A DNA stretch of 64,000 bases from contig JAAYFQ010000105.1 in the NCBI GenBank assembly GCA_012728165.1, positions 26,120 through 90,119 on the forward strand, in the 5' to 3' direction. The translations under genes were made by a program, and so were the position numbers. Of this stretch, positions 49,766 through 59,525 are shown one piece after another; the stretch's first letter is position 1; each line of letters opens with the position of its first letter. The DNA is from Synergistaceae bacterium (GTDB taxonomy: Bacteria > Synergistota > Synergistia > Synergistales > Synergistaceae). The notes beneath the pieces are model-generated. The model did no database searches, had not been told where the DNA came from, and saw only the letters and a list, made by a program, of their open reading frames with translations.

Positions 49766-50812
49766 CTATTTAAAAAACTTGAATAAATCTTTTGCTGTCA
49801 CTAAGACTATTAAAGTCAATAATATAATAAAACCCGCGTAATGCACCCATGCCTCATATTTTTCAGGCATTTTCTTTTTTGTTATCATCTCAACTATTAT
49901 AAAAACAGCACGGCCTCCATCTAAAGCAGGGAATGGCAGTAGATTTAAAAGTCCTAAATTTAGATTAATAACACCTAGAAACACAATAAAGGCCCAAAAC
50001 CCTTGTTTTATAGCGTCTCCTGCAATGACTGCTATTCCTACTGGACCAACAACGTCTGCAACAATTTTCCCTGTTATCATGTTATATAATCCCTTTATAA
50101 TCGCGACTCCCATACTCCATGAATATCCCCATGCTAGGGTCAAAGATTTGTAAAAAGGGTATTTAACAAAGGGAGGCTGTACCCCCAAAAGTCGTCCATT
50201 ATGCTCTTTGTCAAATGGTATAAAGGTTGTGATTTCTTTCTCTTTACCGTCACGGACTATAATTATAGAGAACTTGTTATCTTTAACGTCTTTATCCTGC
50301 ACTGTTGTCTTTATATCAGCCCATTTTTTTAGTTCATTTCCGTTAATAGATTTTATCGTATCTCCCTGTTTTAAATTTGCTACATAAGCAGGTTTGTCTA
50401 TAATTACAGAACCAATAACTGGGGAATCAAATGTATAAACGCCGTGACCTGTAAGGTATGAAGCTGTGATAAGCCAAGCTAACAAAAGATTGACAGTGGC
50501 ACCAGCTAGGATAATTAGTAAACGTTCCCAAGGTTTTTTATTGTTTAATGCTCGTGAATGATCATAATTATCTGGTCTATCATATTCGTTTGTTTCTCCA
50601 TCTTCTCCATCTAATTTAACGAATCCACCTATTGGAAAAGCTCTAAAAGACCAAAGTGTTTCTCCTTTTTGTTTATGAAAAACTGAAGGACCCATTCCAA
50701 AAGAAAACTCATGTACTAGTACATTTCTCCACTTAGCGGCAAGATAGTGCCCACCCTCATGAGATATTACACAAATTCCGATAACTATCAAAAAAGCTAT
50801 AAAATTTATCAA
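49766..50812 (-). CDS. rseP: RIP metalloprotease RseP (site-2 protease, M50)
   Basis: HEGGHY zinc motif, an internal PDZ domain and the NLLP.P.LDGG motif. The start was placed at the TTG overlapping the dxr stop (GGAGG, 8 nt, TTG). Confidence 0.88.
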   Translation of the reverse strand: MINFIAFLIVIGICVISHEGGHYLAAKWRNVLVHEFSFGMGPSVFHKQKGETLWSFRAFPIGGFVKLDGEDGETNEYDRPDNYDHSRALNNKKPWERLLIILAGATVNLLLAWLITASYLTGHGVYTFDSPVIGSVIIDKPAYVANLKQGDTIKSINGNELKKWADIKTTVQDKDVKDNKFSIIIVRDGKEKEITTFIPFDKEHNGRLLGVQPPFVKYPFYKSLTLAWGYSWSMGVAIIKGLYNMITGKIVADVVGPVGIAVIAGDAIKQGFWAFIVFLGVINLNLGLLNLLPFPALDGGRAVFIIVEMITKKKMPEKYEAWVHYAGFIILLTLIVLVTAKDLFKFFK

Positions 50813-51978
50813 TTGTTGTTCCTCCAATTCTGAATCAATGTACATGCAATGCGTTTACCTTCGTCAACAAGTGCTATAGCATCCTCAAGAGTGGAAGGAA
50901 TACTCCCCTGCCATTTAGAAAAAACAGACTCTATTATTTTAGGAATTGCAATAAAAGGAATCTGTCCTTTTAAGAAGCCATTCACTACAGATTCGTCAGC
51001 ACCTACTAGAAGTGCAGGATAGGCTCCCCCAGCAGCACCTGCATCCAAAGCAAGTTGAAAACATGGAAACAACTTTTTATCAATTTCTTTAAAGTTTAAG
51101 TCATATTCAGACAGTGGAATAAGCTCAAAGTTTTTATTTAAAAGATTAAGCCGCTCAGGCCATGCAAGAGCAGACGCAGTTGGAATTCTCATGTCAGCTT
51201 GTGACATCAACATTTTCATGGTCCCGTCATTAAAAAGAACCATGCCATGTACTTGCGATTTAGGATGAATTAGCGCATCGACCTTGTCTACTGATAGATT
51301 AAAAAGCTGCATTGCCTCAATACATTCGATACCCTTGTTCATTAACGAAGCACTATCTATTGTCACTTTCGCACCCATTTTCCACACTGGGTGATTGAGA
51401 GCTTGTTTGGGAGTCACTTTTTCCATTTGTTGAATTGAGTAATCTCTGAAAGGACCACCTGAGGCTGTTAGATAAATTTTCTCAATCTCACTATGTGGGT
51501 CACTTCTTAAACACTGCCATATCGCGTTGTGTTCACTATCAATTGGACGGAGTTGGTTAGGTCTTTTTATAAGCGGCATTACCCACGGTCCTGCAACAAC
51601 AAGACTTTCTTTATTTGCTAAGGAAACATCTTTATTATTTTTTAAAGCGATCTGTAAGGCTTTTATGGCCGATACGCCAGAAGATGCAAAAACGACGTGA
51701 TCAACATCATTATCTGACACAATCTCAGATAATGATTCAACTCCCACCATACAATCATATTCCGGAAGGTTAAAACTTTCTGTTATTGGATTAGTTAGAC
51801 AAAGTTTTTTAACTTTAAATTTTTTAGCAATTTCTATAAGTTTTTTTTCGTTTGAACAAGCTGTTAAAGCAGATATTTTAAAATGTTCTGGGAATTTTGA
51901 GCAAATATCTAGAACTGAACTTCCAATACTACCTGTTGCACCTATTAGAGCAATCCGAATTGGTCTTTTAAACTTCAT
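50809..51978 (-). CDS. dxr: 1-deoxy-D-xylulose 5-phosphate reductoisomerase
   Basis: GATGSIG NADPH motif, LANKE, DSEH.A..Q, and NKG.E.IEA. Confidence 0.93.
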   Translation of the reverse strand: MKFKRPIRIALIGATGSIGSSVLDICSKFPEHFKISALTACSNEKKLIEIAKKFKVKKLCLTNPITESFNLPEYDCMVGVESLSEIVSDNDVDHVVFASSGVSAIKALQIALKNNKDVSLANKESLVVAGPWVMPLIKRPNQLRPIDSEHNAIWQCLRSDPHSEIEKIYLTASGGPFRDYSIQQMEKVTPKQALNHPVWKMGAKVTIDSASLMNKGIECIEAMQLFNLSVDKVDALIHPKSQVHGMVLFNDGTMKMLMSQADMRIPTASALAWPERLNLLNKNFELIPLSEYDLNFKEIDKKLFPCFQLALDAGAAGGAYPALLVGADESVVNGFLKGQIPFIAIPKIIESVFSKWQGSIPSTLEDAIALVDEGKRIACTLIQNWRNNN

Positions 51979-51983
51979 TATTA

Positions 51984-52817
51984 CTAGCCTATTATTTCAA
52001 GTATCAAAAATGCTAACGTAGCATTTACGAGAATACTATCAAATCTGTCCATAAAGCCGCCATGTCCAGGAATTCCTGAACCCGCATCTTTTACTCCAGC
52101 TTCCCGTTTTAACAGTGATTCGCCAAGATCGCCTATTTGCCCAGCTATTCCAAATAAAAGCCCCATTAATAAAAGTGAAAAGAGCGGAACCGATGGAAAT
52201 AAGAGATAGATTGTCCCTCCGCAGATAAAACTCGCGACTACTCCACCACAAAAACCTTCCCATGTCTTGTTTGGGCTAACTTTGTCGCACAGTAGGGTTT
52301 TCCCAAAGATACTGCCAATAAAATATGCAGCTACATCGCAAGACCATGTGCATAAAAAAAGCGCCAAAAGGACAACCAAACCAAGATTTCGTCCACGAAT
52401 TATAATCATAAAAGACCAAGGCAAAATTATATATGCTATTCCGGAAATAACCGCTCCCATATTTTCAAGAGCGAAACTCTCATTTTTTATTTGGTGTTTA
52501 ACTATTTCAAGGAACAATGCGATGAAGACAATACAGGATATCGTACATAAAATTGAAGTAAGAGACATATCTAAAGCTGTCCCCAAAAGTATAAATCCTC
52601 CTGAAATAATAACCAACCAAGGAGATAGGTCCTGTTTTGTTGACTGCATTTTATAAAATTCTAACAAAGAAAACATTGCCACGACAGAGACTATTACACT
52701 CCAATATATGCCTCCAGCGTAAATTCCACCTAGAATGGCTACAACAATAAAAATACTACTAAAAGTCCTTGAAGGTAAATCAGGACTTGATTGTAAAAAT
52801 TTTCTAAGCTTTCCCAT
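51984..52817 (-). CDS. cdsA: Phosphatidate cytidylyltransferase
   Basis: Polytopic membrane protein with the CDS signature (SD..AY..G...GK.....SP.KT.EG ... GD...S..KR). The start was set at GGGAGGGA, 8 nt, ATG. Confidence 0.88.
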   Translation of the reverse strand: MGKLRKFLQSSPDLPSRTFSSIFIVVAILGGIYAGGIYWSVIVSVVAMFSLLEFYKMQSTKQDLSPWLVIISGGFILLGTALDMSLTSILCTISCIVFIALFLEIVKHQIKNESFALENMGAVISGIAYIILPWSFMIIIRGRNLGLVVLLALFLCTWSCDVAAYFIGSIFGKTLLCDKVSPNKTWEGFCGGVVASFICGGTIYLLFPSVPLFSLLLMGLLFGIAGQIGDLGESLLKREAGVKDAGSGIPGHGGFMDRFDSILVNATLAFLILEIIG

Positions 52818-53514
52818 AGCGTCGGTCCCTCCCGTAATAAGCAGAAATTGCTTGTTCCAAATCTTCTTTACCAAAATCAGGCCAATATTTATTCGTAAAA
52901 TAAAACTCGCTATACGAACTTTGCCATAGCCAAAAGTTACTTAAACGGAGTTCACCGCTTGTCCTAATTATCAAATCAGGATCAGGAACATCATTTAAAT
53001 ATAGGTGCTCACGTAATATATCTTCTGTAATAGGCGCACTTGTGCCGTCTTCAATTATACTGTTTACGGCATCAATTATCTCCTGTCGACCTCCGTAATT
53101 TAAACATATAATTAGCTGTCTTTTATCATAACATTTCGTTCTGTCTTCAGTATCTTCAATAATGCGCTGTATATCTTCGGGGAGCCCTTTTATGTTGCCT
53201 GCAAAGCGCATCCTTGCTTCTTCTTTACAAATTTCATCAATTTTAGCTTTTATATAATATCTAAACAATCCCATCAAACCAACAATTTCAATTTTAGGCC
53301 TTTTCCAATTTTCAGTTGAAAATGCATAAAGCGAAATGTAAGGAATGTCAAGCTCTTTTGCAGCACGGACAGTTCTTTCAACAGACTTTACACCGGCACG
53401 ATGACCGAAAATACGTGGCAGTCCGCGTGATTTCGCCCATCTACCGTTACCATCCATTATGATGGCTATATGTTCTATCTTTTTTTTATTTCGTTTATCC
53501 GAAATTGATGTCAT
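52804..53514 (-). CDS. uppS: Isoprenyl transferase (undecaprenyl diphosphate synthase)
   Basis: H.AIIMDGNGRWA, FS.ENW.RP, RTSGE.R.SNF..WQ..Y.E. The start is uncertain: 53514 is preferred, and 53574 is possible. Confidence 0.88.
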   Translation of the reverse strand: MTSISDKRNKKKIEHIAIIMDGNGRWAKSRGLPRIFGHRAGVKSVERTVRAAKELDIPYISLYAFSTENWKRPKIEIVGLMGLFRYYIKAKIDEICKEEARMRFAGNIKGLPEDIQRIIEDTEDRTKCYDKRQLIICLNYGGRQEIIDAVNSIIEDGTSAPITEDILREHLYLNDVPDPDLIIRTSGELRLSNFWLWQSSYSEFYFTNKYWPDFGKEDLEQAISAYYGRDRRYGKA

Positions 53515-54166
53515 CTGTGGTTTTTCCGCTCTTTTTGATAGAATCCCACTGCCTCTTAATTTCCTGTATATCAATCCAAGTTAGATGTTTCGGACTTCCC
53601 TCTTTTTGAGTTGGCGATGCAAAACGCAATAAATAACTAGGATGAAACATAGGCATAACTGCGATTCCATGCCAGTCAAACCATTTTCCTCGTATTTTTG
53701 AGATTCTTTCATTAGTCTTAAGTATCCACTGTGTAGGTGCATTGCCTAAAAGAATAATAAGCGCAGGGTCAATAAGTAATATTTGAGTCTGTAAAAAATG
53801 GTTACATGCAATCATCTCTTGCGCAGTGGGAACTCGATTTTCGGGAGGTCTGCACTTAACTATATTAGTAATGTAGATATCACTTCTTTTAATTTCAACT
53901 TGATCAAATATTTTGGTTAGAAGTTGTCCAGCTTTTCCAACGAAAGGAATACCTTGTTTATCTTCATCTGCACCTGGCGCTTCTCCTATAAAAAGTAATT
54001 TACTATGAGGATCTCCATCGCCAAAGACAACCTGATTTCTTGTCGGTGCCAAAGGACAGCCGTTGCAGGCTAACGCACTGTTAAGAGTGTGTCCCCAAAG
54101 AACGTCTCTTGACCGCAATTTTTCCTCTGGAGTTAATTCCAATAGTGTTTTTTTGCTACTTGTCAT
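53495..54166 (-). CDS. Family 4 uracil-DNA glycosylase (Fe-S type)
   Basis: C..C.L, VFG.G.......FIGEAPG..ED..G.PFVG.AG..L, and HPS.LLR motifs. Confidence 0.85.
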   Translation of the reverse strand: MTSSKKTLLELTPEEKLRSRDVLWGHTLNSALACNGCPLAPTRNQVVFGDGDPHSKLLFIGEAPGADEDKQGIPFVGKAGQLLTKIFDQVEIKRSDIYITNIVKCRPPENRVPTAQEMIACNHFLQTQILLIDPALIILLGNAPTQWILKTNERISKIRGKWFDWHGIAVMPMFHPSYLLRFASPTQKEGSPKHLTWIDIQEIKRQWDSIKKSGKTTDDINFG

Positions 54167-55005
54167 ATTAAAACCTCCGATACAACCACATTAACATGCT
54201 TAATATCAAGCCCTGTAAAAAATCTCACACTTACTGCAACTCTTTCTTTTACTGAAGTTGCTAGCTTAAGAAATGCTGTGTCGCCTATCGTAACCGCTAT
54301 TTTTATTTCTATTGACAGTCTATCTTCTTCTTCTTGAATTATATTCACTTCTGTTACCTTGGAAACCTGTGCAGTTCGAGTTGCTATAAAACAAACAAGC
54401 TGTTTTACCGCCTCAGGTTCAATGTGAACTTCTCCGTAAAAGCTAAATGGCGGTCGAACTATGGTCTTTTCACCTTCACTTTGATTTTTTGACTTCCAAA
54501 ATACTCTTAACTGTCCAACTAATTTTCCAGCAAAATTCTTTCTTACAAGGACGTGAGAAACAGGAATAACATGCTGTCCCTTATTAAAACGTTCTCTTCT
54601 GGCCTTTGCTATTTCTTCCGAAGTTGCCACATCTTCTATCCTTAAAATTTTAGTCGGAACATTAAGTCTTAATTTATGTAGTATTCTAAGGACCATGGTA
54701 TCTGAAGTACCAATGACCATTACTGAACATGGCGACATCATTTTAAAAAAAGAAACAACTTCATTTCTATGATCTTCAAATTCAAATAGAGCTCTTCTTA
54801 TTGCGCTAATTTGATTTCTCTCTGATTTAGCACTTTTTCCAGATACAATGCTTCCTTTATGTATAACCAACCCATCATCTATTATGTAGTCAGCATTGAG
54901 CAAGGACGATACAAGCTGAGCTCTTTGGCTCTTTCCTGTGCCAGCTGCACCAATGAAGGCAAATGTTTTAACACCCGATAAAATTTCGTTATCTAACTTT
55001 GTCAT
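54163..55005 (-). CDS. Uncharacterised protein: N-terminal P-loop NTPase domain fused to a C-terminal Asp23/Gls24-like domain
   Basis: Walker A FIGAAGTGKS and a Walker-B-like YIIDDG. The C-terminal ~100 aa (VHIEPEAVKQLV...VSKVTEVNI...IEIKIAVTIG...VKERVAVSV...TGLDIKHVNVVVSEV) follow the Asp23 alternating beta pattern. ATGA overlap with the downstream UDG gene. Confidence 0.6.
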   Translation of the reverse strand: MTKLDNEILSGVKTFAFIGAAGTGKSQRAQLVSSLLNADYIIDDGLVIHKGSIVSGKSAKSERNQISAIRRALFEFEDHRNEVVSFFKMMSPCSVMVIGTSDTMVLRILHKLRLNVPTKILRIEDVATSEEIAKARRERFNKGQHVIPVSHVLVRKNFAGKLVGQLRVFWKSKNQSEGEKTIVRPPFSFYGEVHIEPEAVKQLVCFIATRTAQVSKVTEVNIIQEEEDRLSIEIKIAVTIGDTAFLKLATSVKERVAVSVRFFTGLDIKHVNVVVSEVLI

Positions 55006-55023
55006 TTTTTCATGGCTCTTTCA

Positions 55024-56280
55024 TCAATCCATTAAAGTTATATCTGCGCCTAAAGATAAAAACTTCCCAACTAGATTCTCATACCCACGCCAAACATGAT
55101 GGAGATCACACACTGTAGTTTCTCCTTCTGCAGCAAGCCCCATTAATATAAGAGCTGCGCCTGCACGGAGATTGGAAGCTTGGACTGTAGCTCCTAACAA
55201 CCTTGCCACCCCAGTAACTATTGCAACATTTTCTTGTAATTCGATCTTTGCGCCCATTTTTTTAAACTCATTCACATGTAAAAGTCTTGAATCAAAAACA
55301 CTCTCGTTTATAACACTTGTACCTGAAGCTAATGTGAGTAATGCCATAAGTTGCGGTTGAGTATCAGTGGGAAAACCTGGATGTGGCATTGTTTTAACTG
55401 ACACTCCCTTTAAGGATTTATTCCACGATGCTGTAATTTCATTATCGGTGATATTAACGGAAACCTTTGCTTCTATTAGTTTTGCCAGAATATGATCCAT
55501 ATATTTTGCATCAATACCTCTTACAGTGACAGTCCCTTTTGTAATTACACCTGCTAAGAGGTATGTCGCAGCTTCGATTCTGTCTGGTATTATTTCACCT
55601 TTTGCAGAACAAAGCCTATCTTGTCCTATAATTTTAATAACATTAGTGCCATCTCCAGTAATAACTGCTCCCATTGATCTAAGTACATCTGCTAAATTTA
55701 TTATTTCGGGCTCAAGTGCTGCATTCTCTATATATGTTTCTCCCTCAGCAAGAGTTGCAGCCATCATGAGATTTTCAGTAGCACCAACTGAAGGAAAATC
55801 AAGTGAAATCCTACAGCCTTTGAGACGCCCTGCCGTGGCATAAATCGCACCATGGTTTAAATCTATTGTGGCTCCCATTTTCGCCAACCCTTTTAAATGA
55901 AAGTCAAGTGGGCGGCTACCAAGAACACAGCCTCCAGGTAGTGGTAGCACAGCCTTTCCATTTCTCGCTACTAGCGGTCCAAGTACAAGCGATGAAGCAC
56001 GCATTTTTCGAACTAGTTCGGCAGGAGCTTCTGAATTAAGAACATCAGGCACAGAAATCACCATAAAATGATTATCAAATTTAACATCTGCGCCTAAGTC
56101 ACGAAGTAGATTTGCCATAGTTTGAATATCATAAAGGTCAGGTACATTCTCAAGCGTTAATGTCTGCCCCTTTAACAAAATAGAAGCTGCCATAATAGGG
56201 AGTGTCGCATTTTTTGCACCTTGGACATCTATTATTCCGTTTAGAACTTTAGCACCCTTAATTAACATTTTTTCATGCAT
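55024..56280 (-). CDS. murA: UDP-N-acetylglucosamine 1-carboxyvinyltransferase
   Basis: Full-length MurA/EPSP fold. It has the G.V.V.G.KN, LPGGC.LG.RP active-site Cys loop, and the LRA.A.L..A.L.A.G.T motif. Confidence 0.95.
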   Translation of the reverse strand: MHEKMLIKGAKVLNGIIDVQGAKNATLPIMAASILLKGQTLTLENVPDLYDIQTMANLLRDLGADVKFDNHFMVISVPDVLNSEAPAELVRKMRASSLVLGPLVARNGKAVLPLPGGCVLGSRPLDFHLKGLAKMGATIDLNHGAIYATAGRLKGCRISLDFPSVGATENLMMAATLAEGETYIENAALEPEIINLADVLRSMGAVITGDGTNVIKIIGQDRLCSAKGEIIPDRIEAATYLLAGVITKGTVTVRGIDAKYMDHILAKLIEAKVSVNITDNEITASWNKSLKGVSVKTMPHPGFPTDTQPQLMALLTLASGTSVINESVFDSRLLHVNEFKKMGAKIELQENVAIVTGVARLLGATVQASNLRAGAALILMGLAAEGETTVCDLHHVWRGYENLVGKFLSLGADITLMD

Positions 56281-56321
56281 AACAGTACACTCCAGTCTAT
56301 TCAGTGAGCAGTGGAAACAAT

Positions 56322-57455
56322 TTAATCATTTGAAAAATACTTTCTTAATGATTTTGCTATTTTTATTGAAGCTGTGCCATCACCAAATGGATGGTTATCA
56401 CATTTATGTTCTATCTCAGCAATGCGTTCTTTATTATTTAATAAATCTGTTGCATGTAATAATATCTTATTTTTTTTTATACCTACAAGTATCCCGCTGC
56501 CGTGTTCAATAGCTTCAGGGCGTTCTGTAACATCACGCAAAATGAGGACAGGTTTTTTAATTGCAGAAGCTTCTTCTTGTACCCCTCCACTATCACTTAA
56601 TATAAATAGCGAAGAATTCATAGCCCATACAAAATCAGGATAATCCAAAGGGTCACATAAAACCACCTGTTCTTTATTACCAAGATGCTTTTTTATAACA
56701 CTACGTACTGTTGGATTTTTATGCATTGGAATAAGCATCCATAATTCAGGATATTTTTCTAATAATACTGTCAAAGCTTCACAAATATCTTCTAAAGGAT
56801 GTCCCCAGGATTCTCTTCTATGTGCAGTAACCAAAACAAAAGGAGCGTTTTTGGGCAGTTTCAACAAATCTGCTGACTCTGGCTCCTTTGTATTTCTAAT
56901 AGTATAAAAAAGAGCATCTATTACAGTGTTGCCTGTTACAACGATGTTTTCAAAAGGCATTCCATCTTTAAGCAAGTTCTGCTTTGCTAATTCAGTAGGG
57001 GCAAAGCCCCATTTAGCTATTTTGTCTGTAAGCACTCTGTTCATCTCTTCTGGAAATGGAAGTTCCATGTTACCGCTTCTAAGTCCGGCTTCAACATGTC
57101 CAACTGGTATTTGCCTATAAAAAGCTGCTAATGATGAAGCAAAAGTAGTTGTTGTATCTCCATGAACTAAAATAGCATTTGGGTTAACCTTGTCAAAATA
57201 TTCTCCAGCTCCTGTGATTACCGCAGAAGTAATATAGTCGAGGCTTTGGCTATCTTTCATAATATTTAAGTTTAAATCAGCAGATAAATCAAAATGATTT
57301 AAAGCTTGATCTAACATAGCCGCATGCTGACCAGTGGCAAGGATTTTTACATCAAAATCATTTTCTTTTCTTAGTGCTAGGACAACAGGAGCCATTTTTA
57401 TAGCTTCAGGTCGCGTACCAACTACACATATTATTGACTGTTTTTTCAAAAACAA
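56322..57455 (-). CDS. wecB: UDP-N-acetylglucosamine 2-epimerase (non-hydrolysing)
   Basis: GTRPE.IKMAP, VHGDTTT, HVEAGLRS, TAHRRE, and SDSGG.QEE motifs. Confidence 0.92.
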   Translation of the reverse strand: MFLKKQSIICVVGTRPEAIKMAPVVLALRKENDFDVKILATGQHAAMLDQALNHFDLSADLNLNIMKDSQSLDYITSAVITGAGEYFDKVNPNAILVHGDTTTTFASSLAAFYRQIPVGHVEAGLRSGNMELPFPEEMNRVLTDKIAKWGFAPTELAKQNLLKDGMPFENIVVTGNTVIDALFYTIRNTKEPESADLLKLPKNAPFVLVTAHRRESWGHPLEDICEALTVLLEKYPELWMLIPMHKNPTVRSVIKKHLGNKEQVVLCDPLDYPDFVWAMNSSLFILSDSGGVQEEASAIKKPVLILRDVTERPEAIEHGSGILVGIKKNKILLHATDLLNNKERIAEIEHKCDNHPFGDGTASIKIAKSLRKYFSND

Positions 57456-57485
57456 TACCCCCCCTGCCTCAAATTTTAATCAATA

Positions 57486-58364
57486 TTATAAATAAAGTTG
57501 AAGAATTCTTAAACCAAAACTTATTATCATTAAATGCACAGATCCCATCAACAAAAGAATTGTAATTTTTGAAAAACCAGTGTCTTGAAGTTTATGATGT
57601 GTATGACCTCTATCGGGACTAAAAGGAGATTTCTTTGTTAGTAATCTACTAATCATTACTATAAGGGTATCTGCTACTGGAATCCCTCCTATTAGTAAAA
57701 GAACAAAAGATAATTTTATGAAATTGACCCCAAAAATATTAGGGAAAATAGTCCAAATTAAATGTGAAGCGCATATATATCCCAAAAAGGTGCTTCCACC
57801 ATCTCCTAGAAAGGTCCTTGGATTTGGAAAATTCCAAAGAAAAACTCCAAACACTAATCCTGCAATTGGCATCCAAACACTTAAATTACCAGTGTAAAAT
57901 GCTGCAATGGAGGTTAAGAGAGTAATCAAAAGACATAATCCATCCATTCCATCAATTAGATTGTATGCATTTGTAACACCAGCAATCCAGACAACAAGCA
58001 ATAATCTTTGCCATGCTACAATAGGAAGAGGATATGCAACCCAAGCAGCTGCAGCTAAATGAAAAAATAGCCTAAATAATGGCGGCAATGGGTGCATATC
58101 GTCCATATAGCCAATAATAAAAACTAGAGTGCTTCCTGTGGCAATATAAGGAACTTCCACTCCTCTATTGCCTACAAAGAGAGCCCACAATAGATATCCG
58201 CTCCACAGGACAATCCCAGCACCTCTAGGCATAGTATGCTGATGGTGTTTTCTTCCTCCCGGTCTATCAAGTAATCTAAATTTTTTTGCTAGACCTATCG
58301 ATACAGGGGTTGAAATCAAACCCCATAAAAACGTAACTAGCGTAAATAAATATATAGAGAGCAC
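57486..58364 (-). CDS. tagO: Polyprenyl-phosphate N-acetylhexosamine-1-phosphate transferase (WecA/TagO, MraY family)
   Basis: GYMDD, NAYNLIDGMDGL, FLGDGGS, and DRGHTHHKL motifs in a polytopic membrane protein. GTG start. Confidence 0.88.
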   Translation of the reverse strand: MLSIYLFTLVTFLWGLISTPVSIGLAKKFRLLDRPGGRKHHQHTMPRGAGIVLWSGYLLWALFVGNRGVEVPYIATGSTLVFIIGYMDDMHPLPPLFRLFFHLAAAAWVAYPLPIVAWQRLLLVVWIAGVTNAYNLIDGMDGLCLLITLLTSIAAFYTGNLSVWMPIAGLVFGVFLWNFPNPRTFLGDGGSTFLGYICASHLIWTIFPNIFGVNFIKLSFVLLLIGGIPVADTLIVMISRLLTKKSPFSPDRGHTHHKLQDTGFSKITILLLMGSVHLMIISFGLRILQLYL

Positions 58365-58388
58365 TCAACCACCTATGCTTTCATAAGC

Positions 58389-59519
58389 TTATTTTGTGCC
58401 AAACAATCTGTCGCCAGCATCTCCAAGACCTGGAACAATATATGCATTTTTATCTAAATGACTATCAATAGCCGCTACATATAAATCTACATCAGGGTGT
58501 TCTTCATGAAAACGAGCAATTCCTTCTGGAACTGCAAGCAAAGAAATAAGAGAGATTTTTTTGGCGCCCTTGGCTTTTATATGACGGACAGCTGAGGCAA
58601 CAGACCCACCTGTAGCAAGCATAGGGTCAACTACAAATACATCTCTTTCTGAAATATCGTTTGGTAGTTTACAATAATAATCCACAGGCTTTAGAGTTTT
58701 ATGGTCCCTGTAAAGCCCAATATGCCCCTCTTTCGCATTTGGAATTACCTTAAGTATCCCTTCGGCCATTCCTAATCCAGCTCTAAGTACTGAAACGACT
58801 GCAAGCTTTTTTCCTGAAAGATTAGATATTTTCGTTTTTTCAATAGGGGTCTCAATTTCTATTTCCTCCAAAGCAAGGTGACAAGTTGCCGGATAGATCA
58901 TAAGAGCTGAAACCTCATGTACAAGATCTCTAAAATCTTTTGAAGATGTATTTTTATTTCTCATTATTCCTAATTTATGCTTAATAAGAGGATGGTTAAT
59001 AACAAATGTTCGTCCACCGGTTTTTCCGCAGGTGAAAGGTTCAACAAAAGTTTTCGAAATATGGACGTTTTCATAATTAGCTATTTTGTCGATTCGAATT
59101 TTATGCTTTTTTGCTTCAAATTCTGTTGTTAGCCATGTATCAACTATATCTTTTGCAATTTCGATAGAAGTAACTCTGCTTCCCATAACTAGTATATTCG
59201 AATTATTGTGCTTTCTGCTCATTTCTGCTGTGTAATGGTCATGACATAAAGTTGCGCGAATTCCTTGAACTTTGTTGGCTACCATACTCATGCCTATACC
59301 TGTGCCGCAGATAAGTACGCCCATATCTGCCTTATTGCTTGCTACAATTTCTGCTGCTTTAAATCCAAAATCTGGGTAATCAACACTCAAATCACCAGAT
59401 GTTGTGCCACAATCCAACACCTCATATTCTTTCTCTTCAAGGTATTTCTTAATGACCTCTTTCATTGTAAATCCTGCATGATCTGCTGCGAGTATAATTT
59501 TCAATGAAATATCCTCCAA
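58389..59519 (-). CDS. Fusion protein: ribose-5-phosphate isomerase B (N-terminal) / uracil phosphoribosyltransferase (C-terminal)
   Basis: Residues ~5-150 are RpiB/LacAB-like ([27 protein letters not shown]). Residues ~173-376 are Upp-like (HPL..HKL...[30 protein letters not shown]). One uninterrupted ORF. Confidence 0.85.
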   Translation of the reverse strand: MEDISLKIILAADHAGFTMKEVIKKYLEEKEYEVLDCGTTSGDLSVDYPDFGFKAAEIVASNKADMGVLICGTGIGMSMVANKVQGIRATLCHDHYTAEMSRKHNNSNILVMGSRVTSIEIAKDIVDTWLTTEFEAKKHKIRIDKIANYENVHISKTFVEPFTCGKTGGRTFVINHPLIKHKLGIMRNKNTSSKDFRDLVHEVSALMIYPATCHLALEEIEIETPIEKTKISNLSGKKLAVVSVLRAGLGMAEGILKVIPNAKEGHIGLYRDHKTLKPVDYYCKLPNDISERDVFVVDPMLATGGSVASAVRHIKAKGAKKISLISLLAVPEGIARFHEEHPDVDLYVAAIDSHLDKNAYIVPGLGDAGDRLFGTK

Positions 59520-59525
59520 ATAATT

